Below, piece after piece: positions 26,026 to 39,314 of a DNA stretch of 64,000 bases. The stretch comes from Felis catus (Eukaryota), in NCBI RefSeq assembly GCF_018350175.1, contig NC_058368.1:214956001-215020000 (forward strand). Direction: 5' to 3'. A model generated the notes under the pieces. It was not told the origin of the DNA and searched no databases. It was given only the letters and a program-made list of their open reading frames with translations. A program made the translations under genes and the position numbers. How positions within the stretch are numbered: position 1 is the first letter of the stretch; every line of letters starts with the position of its first letter.

Positions 26026-27469
26026 AAGAAATATAAAAGAATATATTTTACCTTTATTTATCCCTTTTCCAACAGTCATCCTTTCTTTACATAGTGCAAT
26101 ATAATCTTTCCCATTCTGCCTGGTAATTCCATCTAAGATATCACCAGTTCCAGATTGTAGGGATGATTTTAAAATAAGAAATTTGCTTAGAAAAAGTAGT
26201 AAATTTTATCTGCTCTCTGCAGTTCATTGTACTATTATCTGAATCTTCTCAATGAGTTTGTTGGATCTTCTAAGGCCAGGTGATATTCAATGGCAAACAT
26301 ACTATAAAATTTGCATATAGAGATTTTTCAATGAATTCAGCATTTTGACGGTAAGTATATAAGATACTATGTCCAGTCTGCTATCAGCAACTCTAGGCTG
26401 ATTATTTTGAAAGTGGGCTTTGCTCGCTTTCTCTCAAATTGCTTTTTTATCTTGCTTAAGAAGCATCTTTCTCTGAAGTCCTTGTTATATTATTCTGTAT
26501 CTTTTCACTTAAACTTTCCTTTAAATATTTGTCATATACAAGCCATGACCTTTCCCATCTAAACTGTGATTAGAGAATCCTCATTGTCTTTAACTACTAA
26601 AGGGCAAGAACCATGCTTTGCTAATTGTTTCATCATTTAATTCCTATCATACGGATTCTGTGTTTCATGCAGCACACATGATTAAATATTCTGTTTTTTC
26701 CTGCTCCACCACCATTTCTTAAGATAAAATATAAGAGTTGATACATTCTATGTCTCCCATTCATTCTTTGGAATTACCATTAACCCTCTTAGTATTTAAA
26801 CACCCTTTCTTTTGAAGTTCACAGCAACAATTTTTATTGCACCATTTAAAATTATTTTGATATTATCATGCCACCTCCTTCCATTAGACTCAATAATTAA
26901 TGAACTTGATTATGATTTCCCACTCAATATGCCTTTCAGAGGGTTTTTACTTTTGAAAGAGCTAATCACTTCCTTTGGGTAAAACCCTACTGCTTTATTT
27001 CACTGTATCTTAGATGACTGGACTTTGGAGGGAGCAAAAGTAAAGCATCTCTATTAGATGCAATGAAAAATATATTCTCTCATCATATTTTGGCTCTTGT
27101 TGCCTTTCATAAATCCCTTTGTTAACTGCAAAATGATGGCTGACATTCCAAAAATAGTTACTTCATAAATTTCACCCTGTCCTCTATCTCAAAAATCCAT
27201 CCTCTTTCCTAACTCTGTAAAAATTACTGAATTTTGCTTTACAAAAAAAATGAGCCTGTTATTACAAAGAATAATGAGTATTCTCAAACTATACTTTCTG
27301 TACCTTACCAATATCTAGAACTTTCATTTATTGTCTTTTCCATTAGATCTTTCCTTGGGAAAGTAGTGGTTAAATTGTCTTCCACATAAACCATAGTAAT
27401 AATCCCCTATTACTACTCCCAGTCAAGTTGCTATTTTCCAACTATAATTTATGCCCTCCTTCTTTATTG

Positions 27470-27800
27470 GATTGTCCACATTGTGCCCTTTAGATGGAAT
27501 TTTCTTTTTCTTTGTCTGATTATACAAATCACCCTATATAAAATTTCTACAAAAGCCACCTCTTCCGTGAGGCCTTCTGTGATCCTTCCAATTGAAAGAT
27601 GCCCCTTTATTCTCTGAACATAGATTGAATATTTTTTATTTTTGTTTATGATATTTTACATCTAAAAATTCATATAATACTTATATATAAAATTAGATTT
27701 AAAAGCCTGACTCTATGCCTATCATGTACCTTCATCAGCTGATATAGTAATTTCCCTTCAGCATACTATCTACCTTTATCAATAAAATGTGAATGAACAT
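27470..27800 (+). mobile_element. L2 3' remnant
   Basis: CACCTCTTCCGTGAGGCCTTCTGTGA and terminal TCAATAAAATGTGAATGAA. Confidence 0.55.
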
Positions 27801-28299
27801 TCTTGTGGAAGAGTGCTCCTAAATTGCTTTTCACCATAAAAAGATCTTAAATATTAGCAGTTATATAGACAAAGTAATAGCTTGCAAATGCCATATGCAG
27901 TAGCCGTGGCTTCAAATTCAAAATGTGCAATGAAATTATTTCAACTAAGACTAAGAGTTTGGATGTTAATTGGACTGATGATTAATCTTTAATTTTGCGA
28001 TGCTTAATAACTACTCCATTCTTGAATGATAGGAACCACCTGATTGCCATTCAATTAGTAAAACAAAAATGACTATGATTCCTTATCTTTCGTGAAATTC
28101 TTTTTGGATTTAGATCTTTAGATCCAGGGAATTACACAAGAGTCAAGGATTATTATTTTGGGTCAAAATTTGGCTTGACCACAATATTTTTAGTATGTAA
28201 AGGAGGAGTCCAGTTACCCTTACCATGTTCTGTCATTAACAGGAATGGAAACCAGTTAATAGTGTGTCTGTTGCACATTGGACTTTGATGCAGGTGATT

Positions 28300-28475
28300 T
28301 GCATACTGTGACCCGTGGAATTCTACATGGTCTAGGAATGCCTCACATCTTTGCATAATTCTCTCTCTTTGATTCTCTCTTTGAGTGTTGAGTCTGTGAA
28401 TATTATGGGATTTCATTCCTGTGATTATATCACCTTATAGGACCAAGATGAAGGAATTTTGATGATGCAATTAAA
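28300..28475 (+). mobile_element. MaLR LTR 5' fragment
   Basis: CTGTGAATATTATGGGATTTCATTCCTGTGATTATATCACCTTATAG is MLT1-like. Confidence 0.55.
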
Positions 28476-30381
28476 CAGTTTTATGCCTAGGATTGGACAT
28501 GCTTTCTGACTAGGCTTTTAATATGTGAGGAGAGGAAAGTTAATCTAATTAAAAATTGGGCTGGGTTTGAGATTTATGGTTGATATAGTTACTCTAAGTT
28601 CTCTACAGTCAAGTTGATCAGTGATAATGCATTTTGGGTGAGGATGTTTGCCAAGATTCTTTTTTCTCTTCTCTTTTGTCTTCTCTCCACTCTTTTCCTC
28701 TATTCTTTGTTTTTTTCCCTTCTTTTCTCTTTTATTCCTACTTTCTTAGCTTTTGGCTCCGTGCTGTGCTTCTGATTAAGCCTTTGTCTTGGAGATGAAT
28801 GCGACACTACTCTGTGGTGGTATAGTCTGTTCAGTATTCCCACTCCTTCCTGGAAGAGCTTGGAGTAGAGCACATGTGCCTGTTCCCCCCTCCCCTCTCC
28901 ACAGAAGTACAATGCTTTTTTTCTTGATTCCTTCCTTGAGGTGCAGTTGGTTTTCATCAGTGCCCTAACATGACAATGTCCTCACCCTATGGCCAAGAAT
29001 TTAAGACTTTCAAATTGCTCGTGTTTTAATAAATTGTTCATGTAAACTCTGTGAGCAGTTGATAAGAGTAACAATGATCTTGCCACTCAGAGGGTGATAA
29101 AATGGCTTCTAGTGATACTGATCATAAGAATCATAGTCCGAAAGTGATTTATTTGTTATTTCAGCTTTTATGCTGAAGGGAATACTTTACATTTACTTCA
29201 CCTGACATCCTGTTTTTCCTGTTAAGCAGAATTGTAAGAAATGTTATCTCTTTAAATGCTGTTCTCCCTAATAGGGCTTATCTTTACTCTAAATCCAGAT
29301 ATGCTGTGGAAGTCAGCAATGAGCTGTCCACAATTACTTGATTTTGATAAATAGTGTTCATAGAATCATCAGCTTTTATCCAAGCAGTGCCTCCTCCCCG
29401 CCATGTTTAAAGGAAAGAACTGATAACTTTCTCTCAAAATTTTTATCCTTCCCTCAATCCTGAATGCATAAAGGAAATAAAACATTCTCCTGAGATTTTT
29501 GTTCTTTGAATTTTAGGACAATGAAAATTCTCTCAGGGATATTGCAGCTGATGGCAATGAATCAAATTATATATTACAACCTGAGGGTTTATGCTAGACA
29601 TACTGTCACTAACACACCATGAAATACAATGAATACTACCAACAGATTAGAACATTAGAATATTGGCAATAAAGTCAAATATTAACTGTTTTCCCCCCCT
29701 TGGTCACCAAGAAATAAAAGAAAAGGAATGACTTCCTTTCTAATTCTGCATTAACTCAACCTAGAGACATTGTTTGAAACCATCCAGATAGCTGAGAAAC
29801 ATATTGCTGTTGTACTTTACTAACAGTTGAAATCAAAAGATGTATTGGAATTCATTTAGAATATGTCATTATTTTGGCTCAACCTTCTAGCTACTGAATG
29901 AGCTCCTTACACTGCTTATTCAGTGGTTGTTAAGACAGGTAGTTACTTACGATAATAAGTCACCCAGAAATTATGCCTAGGGAGGGGAAGAACACATTGG
30001 ACAAACCTATTCACCCTATCAAGTAGCTCAAAATATAGCTTCCTCTAATATCACCCTTAACACAAATGAGTTACTTTGTAAACATTTTGTTGGATTTCTA
30101 TTTTTTCTGACTTCATTTCCACATAAATAATGATATAATTCCTCTTGTAACTTTCCTGTAATGCATGTTCTTCAGACATGGAGCGGGTAGGGCACAATGA
30201 GGAATTGGGGGTAGAGGTCAAGGATATATAGCATTTACATTTCCTTCATTTAAAAATAATTTACCTTTCCTTTTGAATTGCTTTCTACATAGTAAAAAAT
30301 GGGCTATCTATTTGATGCTATTCATAGTTATTACTAAATAGTATTTCCCTGTTCACTTATATTTCCTATACTCTATATTTA

Positions 30382-30616
30382 TGAGGGGGTTAAGAGTTAT
30401 ATACTAGTTACAAACTAAAGTCATGGGAATGTAATACATAGATAGCATAAGCAATACAGTCAATAATATTGTCACATTTCTGACAGATGGTTACTAGACC
30501 TATGGAGCTGATCATTTCTTAATGTATAAAAATATCAAAGCAATATCTTGTATATCTGAAACTAATATAGTATTGTATGTCAATTATAAAGCAATAAATG
30601 TTTTATTAGAAAAAAG
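30382..30616 (+). mobile_element. LINE-1 3' UTR fragment
   Basis: CAGTCAATAATATTGT...CTGAAACTAATATAGTATTGTATGTCAATTATA plus A-rich end. Confidence 0.8.
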
Positions 30617-33600
30617 ACTCAAGGATACTATTTTGAAAGAACATGTTGGTTTTATATTTCTATAAATTATATCCAAATTTGTTTATTGATTCTTACTTAT
30701 CTTGGGAAGAAATGAGAAGAAATCATTTCAACAAAGACATACAGATTGTCCCTTTTATATTATTATGTCTCCCAATATCTTATTTTTTTATATACAAGGT
30801 TATTGCCACCTTTATGGTTCAGTAAGTGACTGCAGCCTTATTGGGAATTTCAATAAGGACATCAAGGGAACATCTAGACTCACTTGAAACCATAGTTGCA
30901 TTCATCTTGGAGTAATAGACGATCCATCATAGAGGCTAGTCCTGCCTGACCTAATGTATGTCTTGTCCTGGGAATTTCAGATTGGTCTGGTAGTTTGTCG
31001 GAGTCACTCACCATTCTTAGGCAAAGCTGTGAGGACTGATAGACTTATCATCTATATAATGATATATAAGACATACAATTAATTTTTACCTAATTGTTTT
31101 GATCTTCCCTGTGTTGTGATTTTAGAGATGAAAATCGTGACAACGAATATTAAATATCTATTAGAGAAGCAAAAAAGTAAAATAAAGGTTAAATTAGTTG
31201 AATCAAAACTTCATTTTTGTTGTAGATAACTTACCATATTATTGAATTTAATCAAATTATTATTTTCTTCAGAAGGAGCCAATTTCAGTATAAATTTTGA
31301 ATGATTATCAAGGTTAAATAGACAAGTATTGTGAGGTAAAACAGAGTTTGAGGGTCTAAATTATTTGCTGTGATCACAGCCACTGACAACAAAGTTTTCT
31401 TCTTTGCATGAATGATTAGGCAGAATGACATTAAAACTCTTCTGTGCTAAATGAAGTGGACTTTTGTTTTTTCTTTCTGGCAAATGCAATTTAAGCCTGA
31501 AGATTTAGTAATGAACAAACAAAATAAAAGGACAAAAAATAACAATAGTAATGCTTTGGCGCATATATTTGTGGTAGTTCCACTCATCATATTGTGGTTG
31601 AAACTACCATAATATTCTTTAATTTTGTGTCATGACAATTGAGTGTAATTTCCTTTAGACAGAACAACAATTAGAGACGCATGCCATGCTAATCTCTGCT
31701 TCAGGATAACCGGAAGAAACTTAAAAAGCAATAGAAAGAAACTTCATTAGATAAGATGGTTACTTGTGGGGGGAAAGACAATTCAATTGATTTATTCAAT
31801 GTAGTGAAAAACTTGAGTTCAGTAGGAGCATGAAGGGGCTGTGTTACCTCTAACACAAAAGTAGTCTAGGACTGACTCTTTTAAGCACATGGATAGGAGA
31901 GGACCATCTCATCGTAGCACAGAATGACAAAGCAAAAAATTCAATCAAAATTCTGGATAACTTTATTAAGGTTTAATTGTCAATGTTTAAATCTTTAAAA
32001 ACATTGTATAAACAAATAAAAATCTGGTTGTCTCACCCATTTAGAAAAGACTGTTCTAGCGAAGAATGAGAAAATGTTTTTACCAAACACATCTAGGGCA
32101 CAATTAATATAATTACAAACCTTGGTAAATTTCTCTTTAAGAGTTCAAAATAAGAGAAGATATTGGATCATGTGAAGTGATGCTTCAGGGGTCAGGAGGT
32201 TTGTGATGTTTTGGAATACTTTATAAATTACCAGAAATCATTAGTTCTAAAATTGGGGTCAAGGAGGTATGACAATTTCGTGAACTTTTATAAATGCATT
32301 CAAAATAAATTGTAGCCAAAACTCTAAATTTACCCATTGAATGCTTTAATTTCATTACCTTCAGAACACAATTTTACTAGAAATGTCATTATCGATATAG
32401 CACTTAATATTAGCATATAGGCTTAAAATTTCTCTTTGAGAGCATATTAACAGTTCTCAAACTGTACGGAATATATTTTATGTCTTTGAGATTTTGTTTG
32501 AAAGTTTAAGTTTCCTAAGTCAAAGGAGGTTGAAAATAACTATGTAAATAGGATCCAGCTGAATGTTATATGTTCTCTCTTTATTCCCAAGGGTCATATT
32601 CATGACATAGCACTGAATTTATGTTAAAATATTGTTCTGAGGGGAGTGTTGACATAAGATAATGTGATTTATGCTTCCCATCCATCATATTGACAGATTT
32701 TAGACAGATGTCGCTGTTTGTCAAACATGGTACAAAACCAGGCAAAACCCCGTAATATCATAAAAACTATTTGCCTTTATCACCATCTCATCCATCTTTC
32801 ATTTCTATGAAAATTTTAGTGTTAGAAATAATGATTGATTCAATAGGAAATTTCAAAATATGTTTTTGTTAAACAATTTTCCCCTGAAGACACTTAACAC
32901 TTGTCACTCAGTTGTCATTCCAATAAAAAGTGGTATTTTAATTTCAGTCAAATAAACATATAAAATGTATTACATATGATCAGAATGAACAGGTTGAGGG
33001 ATTTTGTTTTAAATAAATGAAACAAAGTAAATACCAGGGAAATAAGGTCAAGTGAGTAATTTTTTTTTCTTGACAAACCTTAAATACTCGTGATAAAATA
33101 GGAAACTTTCCAATTTGCTAAAAATTCTTTTCAGTATGTTCAGACTGCATTTTATATATGTGGTTTGGATATTTGTTATATGTGTGGATGTGCATTAATA
33201 AATCACTAAATGAGTGGAACAGAATAAGGCCTCTGAGGCAGGTGAGAGGGTACTTGAAACCACCGTCTATGAATAGCAAATATCTATGTTATTTATTATG
33301 CACGATAACATCATCAAGGTCATCCATGGATTACTTACTAGAAACCATCTTCCTCCTTTCCTCCTTTCCTCTTTCAACTGACATAACTTTTGTCTTGTAT
33401 CTGTCTCTTTCCATGCTGGTTATTATGTCCACATGTGTAGGGCACATATACAAATGCTTATATATCTCTTGCTGCAGGTTTTATTTTTAATTTTTTAATT
33501 TTTTTATTCTTGCTGCAGATTTTAGATAGGATATTTAGCATAGAGAAGTTTCACTATACTTGCTGAGTGTTCAGGAATTTGTCATAGGGACAGAGTATTT

Positions 33601-34116
33601 TCCTACTCTCTAGGAGGGCTAGCAATCTTAGAAATTTTATCAATTGCTACTTTCATACAATTCTTAGTATAGAAGAGTACCTTATTGGTCTCTACGAGAT
33701 TGTACAAAAAAGGCGGAAGACATAGACCGAGCATTCCAGGAGATTACATCTTAGTTGGAAAAAACATGTGAAAATTGTAATCATAGTAATCTTTTACATC
33801 CTAGTTCAAGCTAGGATATTATCAGATGGTTAATACACAAAACGATTATGTTAAAGAATTACTTCCATTTGTGATCTATAGAAAGCTCCCTCAGTTTTAC
33901 CTAGGATGATTAGTCAAATGCAGATTTCATAGAAATTGGTTCAAATAACCCCAAATGGATATTTGAAAATTACTGGTTAAGTGTTGAAGGAAATAAAAAC
34001 TATAAATCTAATATAATTTAGTATTTCGTTTTTTGTGGATAGGAAAGTAGAGCCTCAGATTTTGAGATTCAATCCCTGAGGTTTGTTGTGGTGGTGTTTT
34101 GTTTTAAAATGTTTTT

Positions 34117-34334
34117 GGGGCGCCTGGGTGGCGCAGTCGGTTAAGCGTCCGACTTCAGCCAGGTCACGAATTTGCAGTCCGTGAGTTCGAGCCCCGCGTC
34201 GGGCTCTGGGCTGATGGCTCAGAGCCTGGAGCCTGTTTCCGATTCTGTGTCTCCCTCTCTCTCTGCCCCTCCCCCGTTCATGCTCTGTCTCTCTCTGTCC
34301 CAAAAATAAATAAACGTTGAAAAAAAAATTAAAA
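34117..34334 (+). mobile_element. Young Can-SINE inserted in the tail of an oppositely oriented SINE
   Basis: TSD AAAATGTTTTT at 34106-34116 and 34335-34345. Confidence 0.97.
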
Positions 34335-34340
34335 AAAATG

Positions 34341-34558
34341 TTTTTAATGTTTATTATTTATTTTTGAGACAGACAGACAGAGTATGAGCAAGGGAGGGGC
34401 CGAGAGAGAGGGAGACACAGGATCAGAAGCAGGCTCCAGGCTATGAGCTGTTAGCACAGAGCCTGATGTGGGGCTCGAACTCACGAACTGTGAGATCATG
34501 ACCTGAGCTGACCTGAGCCAAAGTTGGAAGCTTAACCGACTGAGCCGCCCAGGTCCCC
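34341..34558 (-). mobile_element. Can-SINE (host of the previous element)
   Basis: Reverse SINE with an internal GACCTGAGC duplication. Confidence 0.95.
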
Positions 34559-35129
34559 TTGTTTGTTTTTTAATACAGAGGTATGACCCCAGGAATCTTT
34601 ATTTCAAACTAATATTTCAACTGCCTTGGTACAGAATTACCTAGAATAAGACTTTGAAAAATATTGAAATAAAATATAGGTAAGAATGTTCAAAAGGAAG
34701 CGATATCTAAATGACTATTAAAGAGACAGAGGGCTATGTTTTGAAGGCGATGTGACTGATTGACTTCCATAATGGGCATTTATTGCATGGATACATAGAA
34801 AGTACTGGAAAAATAGATACATTTTAAAAGACACACAGCAAATTCTTTTGGCTATAGAATGTAGATCAGGCCATAGTGTACATCAGACAAAATGGTGAAT
34901 TTTTTTTCATTTTTCCAGAAGGTAAGTCGCTCTTGATTCTCTAAGTTCACCATTATGGAGCTCACCCAAATCACATCTCTTCCACTGTTTCTGTTCCAGA
35001 AACAACTTCCTCCAGCCCAAATCTTGGCTTACTCATTGCTCCTGCTACCTCAAAATGTTCCTCAGTGTCTGTTTCCTTTTTTAGCATTATTATATTTATT
35101 AAGAAAATGTATGGTATGTAATGAATGCT

Positions 35130-35330
35130 AATTTCATATGAAACATATCAACTTACATGGTCTTATTTACTTACCATAGCAACATTGTGAGGTTAATATC
35201 ACTGTTATTAACATTTTGGAATCAGAAAATCAAAGCTTAAAAACATCAATATACTATAAATCACAAATGTAGTATTCCTAAAGATATACAGATGATTCTA
35301 AATTTAGTTCTTGACCTTAACCAGCTCTTC
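35130..35330 (-). mobile_element. MIR remnant
   Basis: CAACATTGTGAGGTT...ACATTTTGGAATCAGAAAATCAAAGCTTA resembles a decayed MIR core. Confidence 0.45.
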
Positions 35331-35603
35331 CCAGCACAGTGTATTATTTCTTTGATTGGCAGCATAAAAGATAAAATATGGACACTACTCAGAGGTAGAC
35401 GTTGAGGAGACTTTGTTAACTGGACTAAAATTATTGGCCAGTGATGGCCTGTCCAGTCCAAACAGTTGACATCTAGAGAATAGGCTCACATGGTTTAAGA
35501 CATGGTGTTTCATTTGCAAAGTTCACCTTCACAAAGCTGTTCATGTATCACATCCTCAGAAGAAAATATAATGTCAGACCTTAGTTAGAAATATAATAAT
35601 TTA

Positions 35604-35740
35604 GGGGCACCTGGGTGGCTCAAGCCTTGCATCAGGTTCCATGTTGGGATTTTTTCTCTCTCTCCGTCTATCTGTCTCTCTCTCTCTCTCCCTCTGCCCC
35701 CTCCCCCACTGTCACATACACACTCTCTCTTAAAAAAAAA
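35604..35740 (+). mobile_element. Internally deleted Can-SINE
   Basis: Head GGGGCACCTGGGTGGCTCA joined to mid-body; TAATTTAG flanks both sides. Confidence 0.85.
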
Positions 35741-36769
35741 GAGCTATTATAATTTAGATAGTAGAGAAAAGATTATTACTCATAATTCAACCAAACAGGT
35801 AATTACCATGTGTACATTAGCTAATTTCTTCTAATAGTTTCAAATTTATATCATGAATTTTATGTTACATAGTCAGAATTTTACTGTGCATTTAGCACTG
35901 TAGTACATTTTCAATAAAGAAACAAATTTTAATGGGTAACTTCCTTATGCACAGAAACAAGAATCATCAACCAAGTGTTGTTCCAGGAATAAGGAATAAT
36001 TTTTTCTTAGCTAAGACAAGAAATGAGCTTAATATCTAGTAGTACCCTAGTCAATGAATATTAGAGACTGGACAGCCTAGGTATTACTTTGAATATTAAT
36101 GGAATTAGCATAGAACATATATATAATAACGAGAAGGTCAGTAGGTTTTAAAAATTGTTCAGAGGCCCAATAGTTCATGGTAATGAAATAACTTTTATGT
36201 TAAAATGCTTTGCTCTTTGAATCAAAGTAAAAATGAACTTACACAATGCTACAAATACTCTTTAATAAATAACTGTCATCATAAACTTCTTAGCAGTTTA
36301 TGCTTTTAGAGCTAATGTTTTCTGGCAACAGAAATCTTCATAGTCCCTTAGCCATTGATTAATTTCAATAATTAGTAGCGACTTTGATAGTTAATCCTCA
36401 AAGCATGCATTTCATATTAATATTCTGATTCTTTTAAGCAGAAAATTAACAAATTTTGTAATCCAAGGGGAGAATGAATTCATAATTATTTGGCAAACAA
36501 ATTGTCTTTCCAGGAAAATATCCACAAACTTATTTTTAAGCCAAGATCTTTTGTTGGCCATTTATCATTAATAGCTTACTGAATTTTATTTTGGTCTCTG
36601 TGTTCTTTCTCTCTCTCATTTTTTCTCTTTTTCTCTCCTGTATTTTCTCTGATTAAGAAAAGTGTTTGTTAAGCTGGTTTCTACATGAGATACCGCTCAA
36701 ATCATTGGAAAAGAAATACAACTACATTTATGTAGAAGATCATTTCTTCCTTAACCCTCCTCCTGGAAA

Positions 36770-36808
36770 AAACAACAACAGCAACAACAACAACAACAAC
36801 AACAACAA
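36770..36808. repeat. (AAC)n microsatellite
   Basis: Direct reading. Confidence 0.95.
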
Positions 36809-36874
36809 AAATCCCCTCTTTTTAGACCTTTCATAATAGTAGACTGCCTCTCATTGGCTGTAGTATGTGATAGA

Positions 36875-37040
36875 CCCTATGATAAGGACTTAACTCACTG
36901 TCTTATCCTACAACTGATTTTTAAGGGAGGCATTATTTTATCCATTTTATGGTGAAGAATTTCATAGTGATTTAGTCATACAACTCAATGTCTTGGAAGT
37001 AGTAAATGTCACTTTGGGAATTTGAGTGTGGGTCTATGTA
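36875..37040 (-). mobile_element. MIR remnant
   Basis: GGCATTATTTTATCCATTTTATGGTGAAGAA core. Confidence 0.55.
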
Positions 37041-37584
37041 AAAATCCCTCACTCAAATAAAGACATAACTTTCACAGAGAAAATTCTTTATGTTGTTTTT
37101 AGAAACATAGATAAATATTTCCAAGTCAGCTACTTCTTCTCATTTTCATATTTTTTTCCATGGGTGGTGGGATTGTTTGCCATTGAGGCAATGTCTTGGA
37201 GTGTCCTCTACCCTCTGAAAAAAGACACATTCTTGTTTAAAGCTCTCTGGCATTCATGATAACGAGATTCTTGATTGGGACTCTAAACTGTGAGATTGTT
37301 TTTGATAAAGATGTATTCGACTATACTAGAAAAGCTACATTAAGAATGTCTTCACAGGATGAAAAGTACAGCATAGAGAATAAAGTTAGTAGTATTGTAA
37401 TACACATTGTGGTGAAAAACTTGAGAGTGTTTTGCACTCTTTTAGGAATTTTGAATTTTCCCTAAGTTAATACAACTTTTTGCTTAACAGAGGGTTCTCC
37501 AAATGTTTTACATTAAACTTTTATTCATTTAAAAATGTGTCAACTATCTTTAATTGAAATGAGAGGATTAATTGACGTTCAGCC

Positions 37585-37619
<35 letters not shown>

Positions 37620-37691
37620 GTGCATATATATATGTGTATATATATATATGTGTATATATATATATGTACACACACACATATATATATGTAT
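37585..37691. repeat. (TA)n/(TG)n compound microsatellite
   Basis: Direct reading. Confidence 0.95.
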
Positions 37692-39083
37692 TTTTTTTTT
37701 ACTTTACCAGTTAAAACTTGAATTCATCAATTAAAAAGCCAGAATAACTATAACTCCATTTAAACTGGACAAATAATTCTCTCTGCTCTGTGAATAGTAT
37801 CAAATCCGAATATTTTGTGACATACCATTATTGCTATTTCCTTTTCCATGTATTTCCATTCTCTGAGTTAAAGTGTATTTTTAGCTCCTCTTGTGGCTTT
37901 GTGGGTTCACAGCTGTATACTATTTAAATAGCTAAGGAAACATTAACCAAATGAGTGGAAATACAGAGGGCAAGGGTATGGAATAAAAGAGGAAGACCTT
38001 GCACTGTAGTGTAGGTACAGGACTGTTAATGCATAGACTACTTGGAAGAGACATGGAATATGTTGAAGATATGCCACTCCCAATATTAGCCAGCATTGCT
38101 ATGGAAAGGATTGATTGGCTTAATTCGAAGTTGGGGACAAAGATCTTTCACATCTTCAGCAGACTGAGGGAGTAAAGTAAGCAATTCTTTCTACTGCTTC
38201 TCTCTATTAACTTTATGCTCCACTTGTCAGTTGGATGAAGCATTTTAGTCACTGTATCAACTTCTGATTAGACAGGGCCTCTCCTATTCTGTTGATAGAT
38301 AGATAGATAGAATATCTAATTCATAATTCATTTCATTGATATTTAAAAAATAAAGGAAAAAAAACCCAGTAGCAACATAAGACATCTATATTATATGTAG
38401 AAAACTAGTTTTACTGCAAATGTAAAATAACTGTTTTTGCTGACACTGTTAGCTATTTTTGATGCACGTTATTGCCTCATAAGCCCCTCCAAATAACGTT
38501 TTCTCAACTTGCTTCACTATAAAAATACTCAAATTTTTATTTCAGAAGCTAATTGAAGTTATTCATCAGAGTAACTTTGGATATAGGTTTAGTTGGACAT
38601 TTCAGAGATTATTTCCAAATTTAAAAAAAGTCCACAAATATATGATTAAGCTTTAGGGACTGCTAACGTTTCGTATCATTATCACTTTGCAAAAAAATGG
38701 GATCAAAAGCTCCCAGAAATCTAACAGGAGCTACTCTTGTTTTTCAGTAGTTGTGAATGTAGAAAACAGTGTAATAGAGGGAAGTCGTCTAGCATTTCCC
38801 CAGAGTTTCTAATCATGCCAACATTCCCATTCATTCACTTCAGATTCCCCGAAGTTGGATTTAGTTATAAGTGAGCTTTCCTAACCAAATGGGTTAAAAA
38901 CAGTATGAAATTATACATTGTTACATGTATAGGGTTTGTTTACTACAGAATACAGCACATCGGTGGTGCATGTGTAATAGGAATATTTAGTATACATAAA
39001 TAAGCCTAGTAAGGGGAAGTGTTTAATATTAAAGCAATCTAGAGTTTCTTAGTAAGAACAGTTCCTAAGAAGACAATGGTGTT

Positions 39084-39211
39084 TGCTAGATGTTGTATGT
39101 AAGTGATGAATCACTGAATTCTACACCTGAAACTGATATTACACAGTATGTTAACTAACTGGAATTTAAATAAAAAATAAATAAATAAAGTCCTTATTAT
39201 CTTGAAAACAA
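39084..39211 (+). mobile_element. Short carnivore L1 3' end with extra 3' sequence
   Basis: TGTATGTAAGTGATGAATCACTGAATTCTACACCTGAAACT...GAATTTAAATAAAAAA; TSD AAGACAATG(G/C)TGTT at 39070-39083 and 39212-39225. Confidence 0.88.
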
Positions 39212-39249
39212 AAGACAATGCTGTTGGGAAGGCATGACAGAAGCTACAT

Positions 39250-39268
39250 TATCAATATATTCGGGCTG

Positions 39269-39314
<46 letters not shown>

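Noticed and set aside
29082..29098. CTCF-like TGCCACTCAGAGGGTGA
   Set aside because: An extra base in the core breaks the motif spacing; cannot be supported without ChIP data.
33158..33490. 110-aa ORF
   Set aside because: Composition typical of random AT-rich DNA, no domain, ends within the tail-only insertion.
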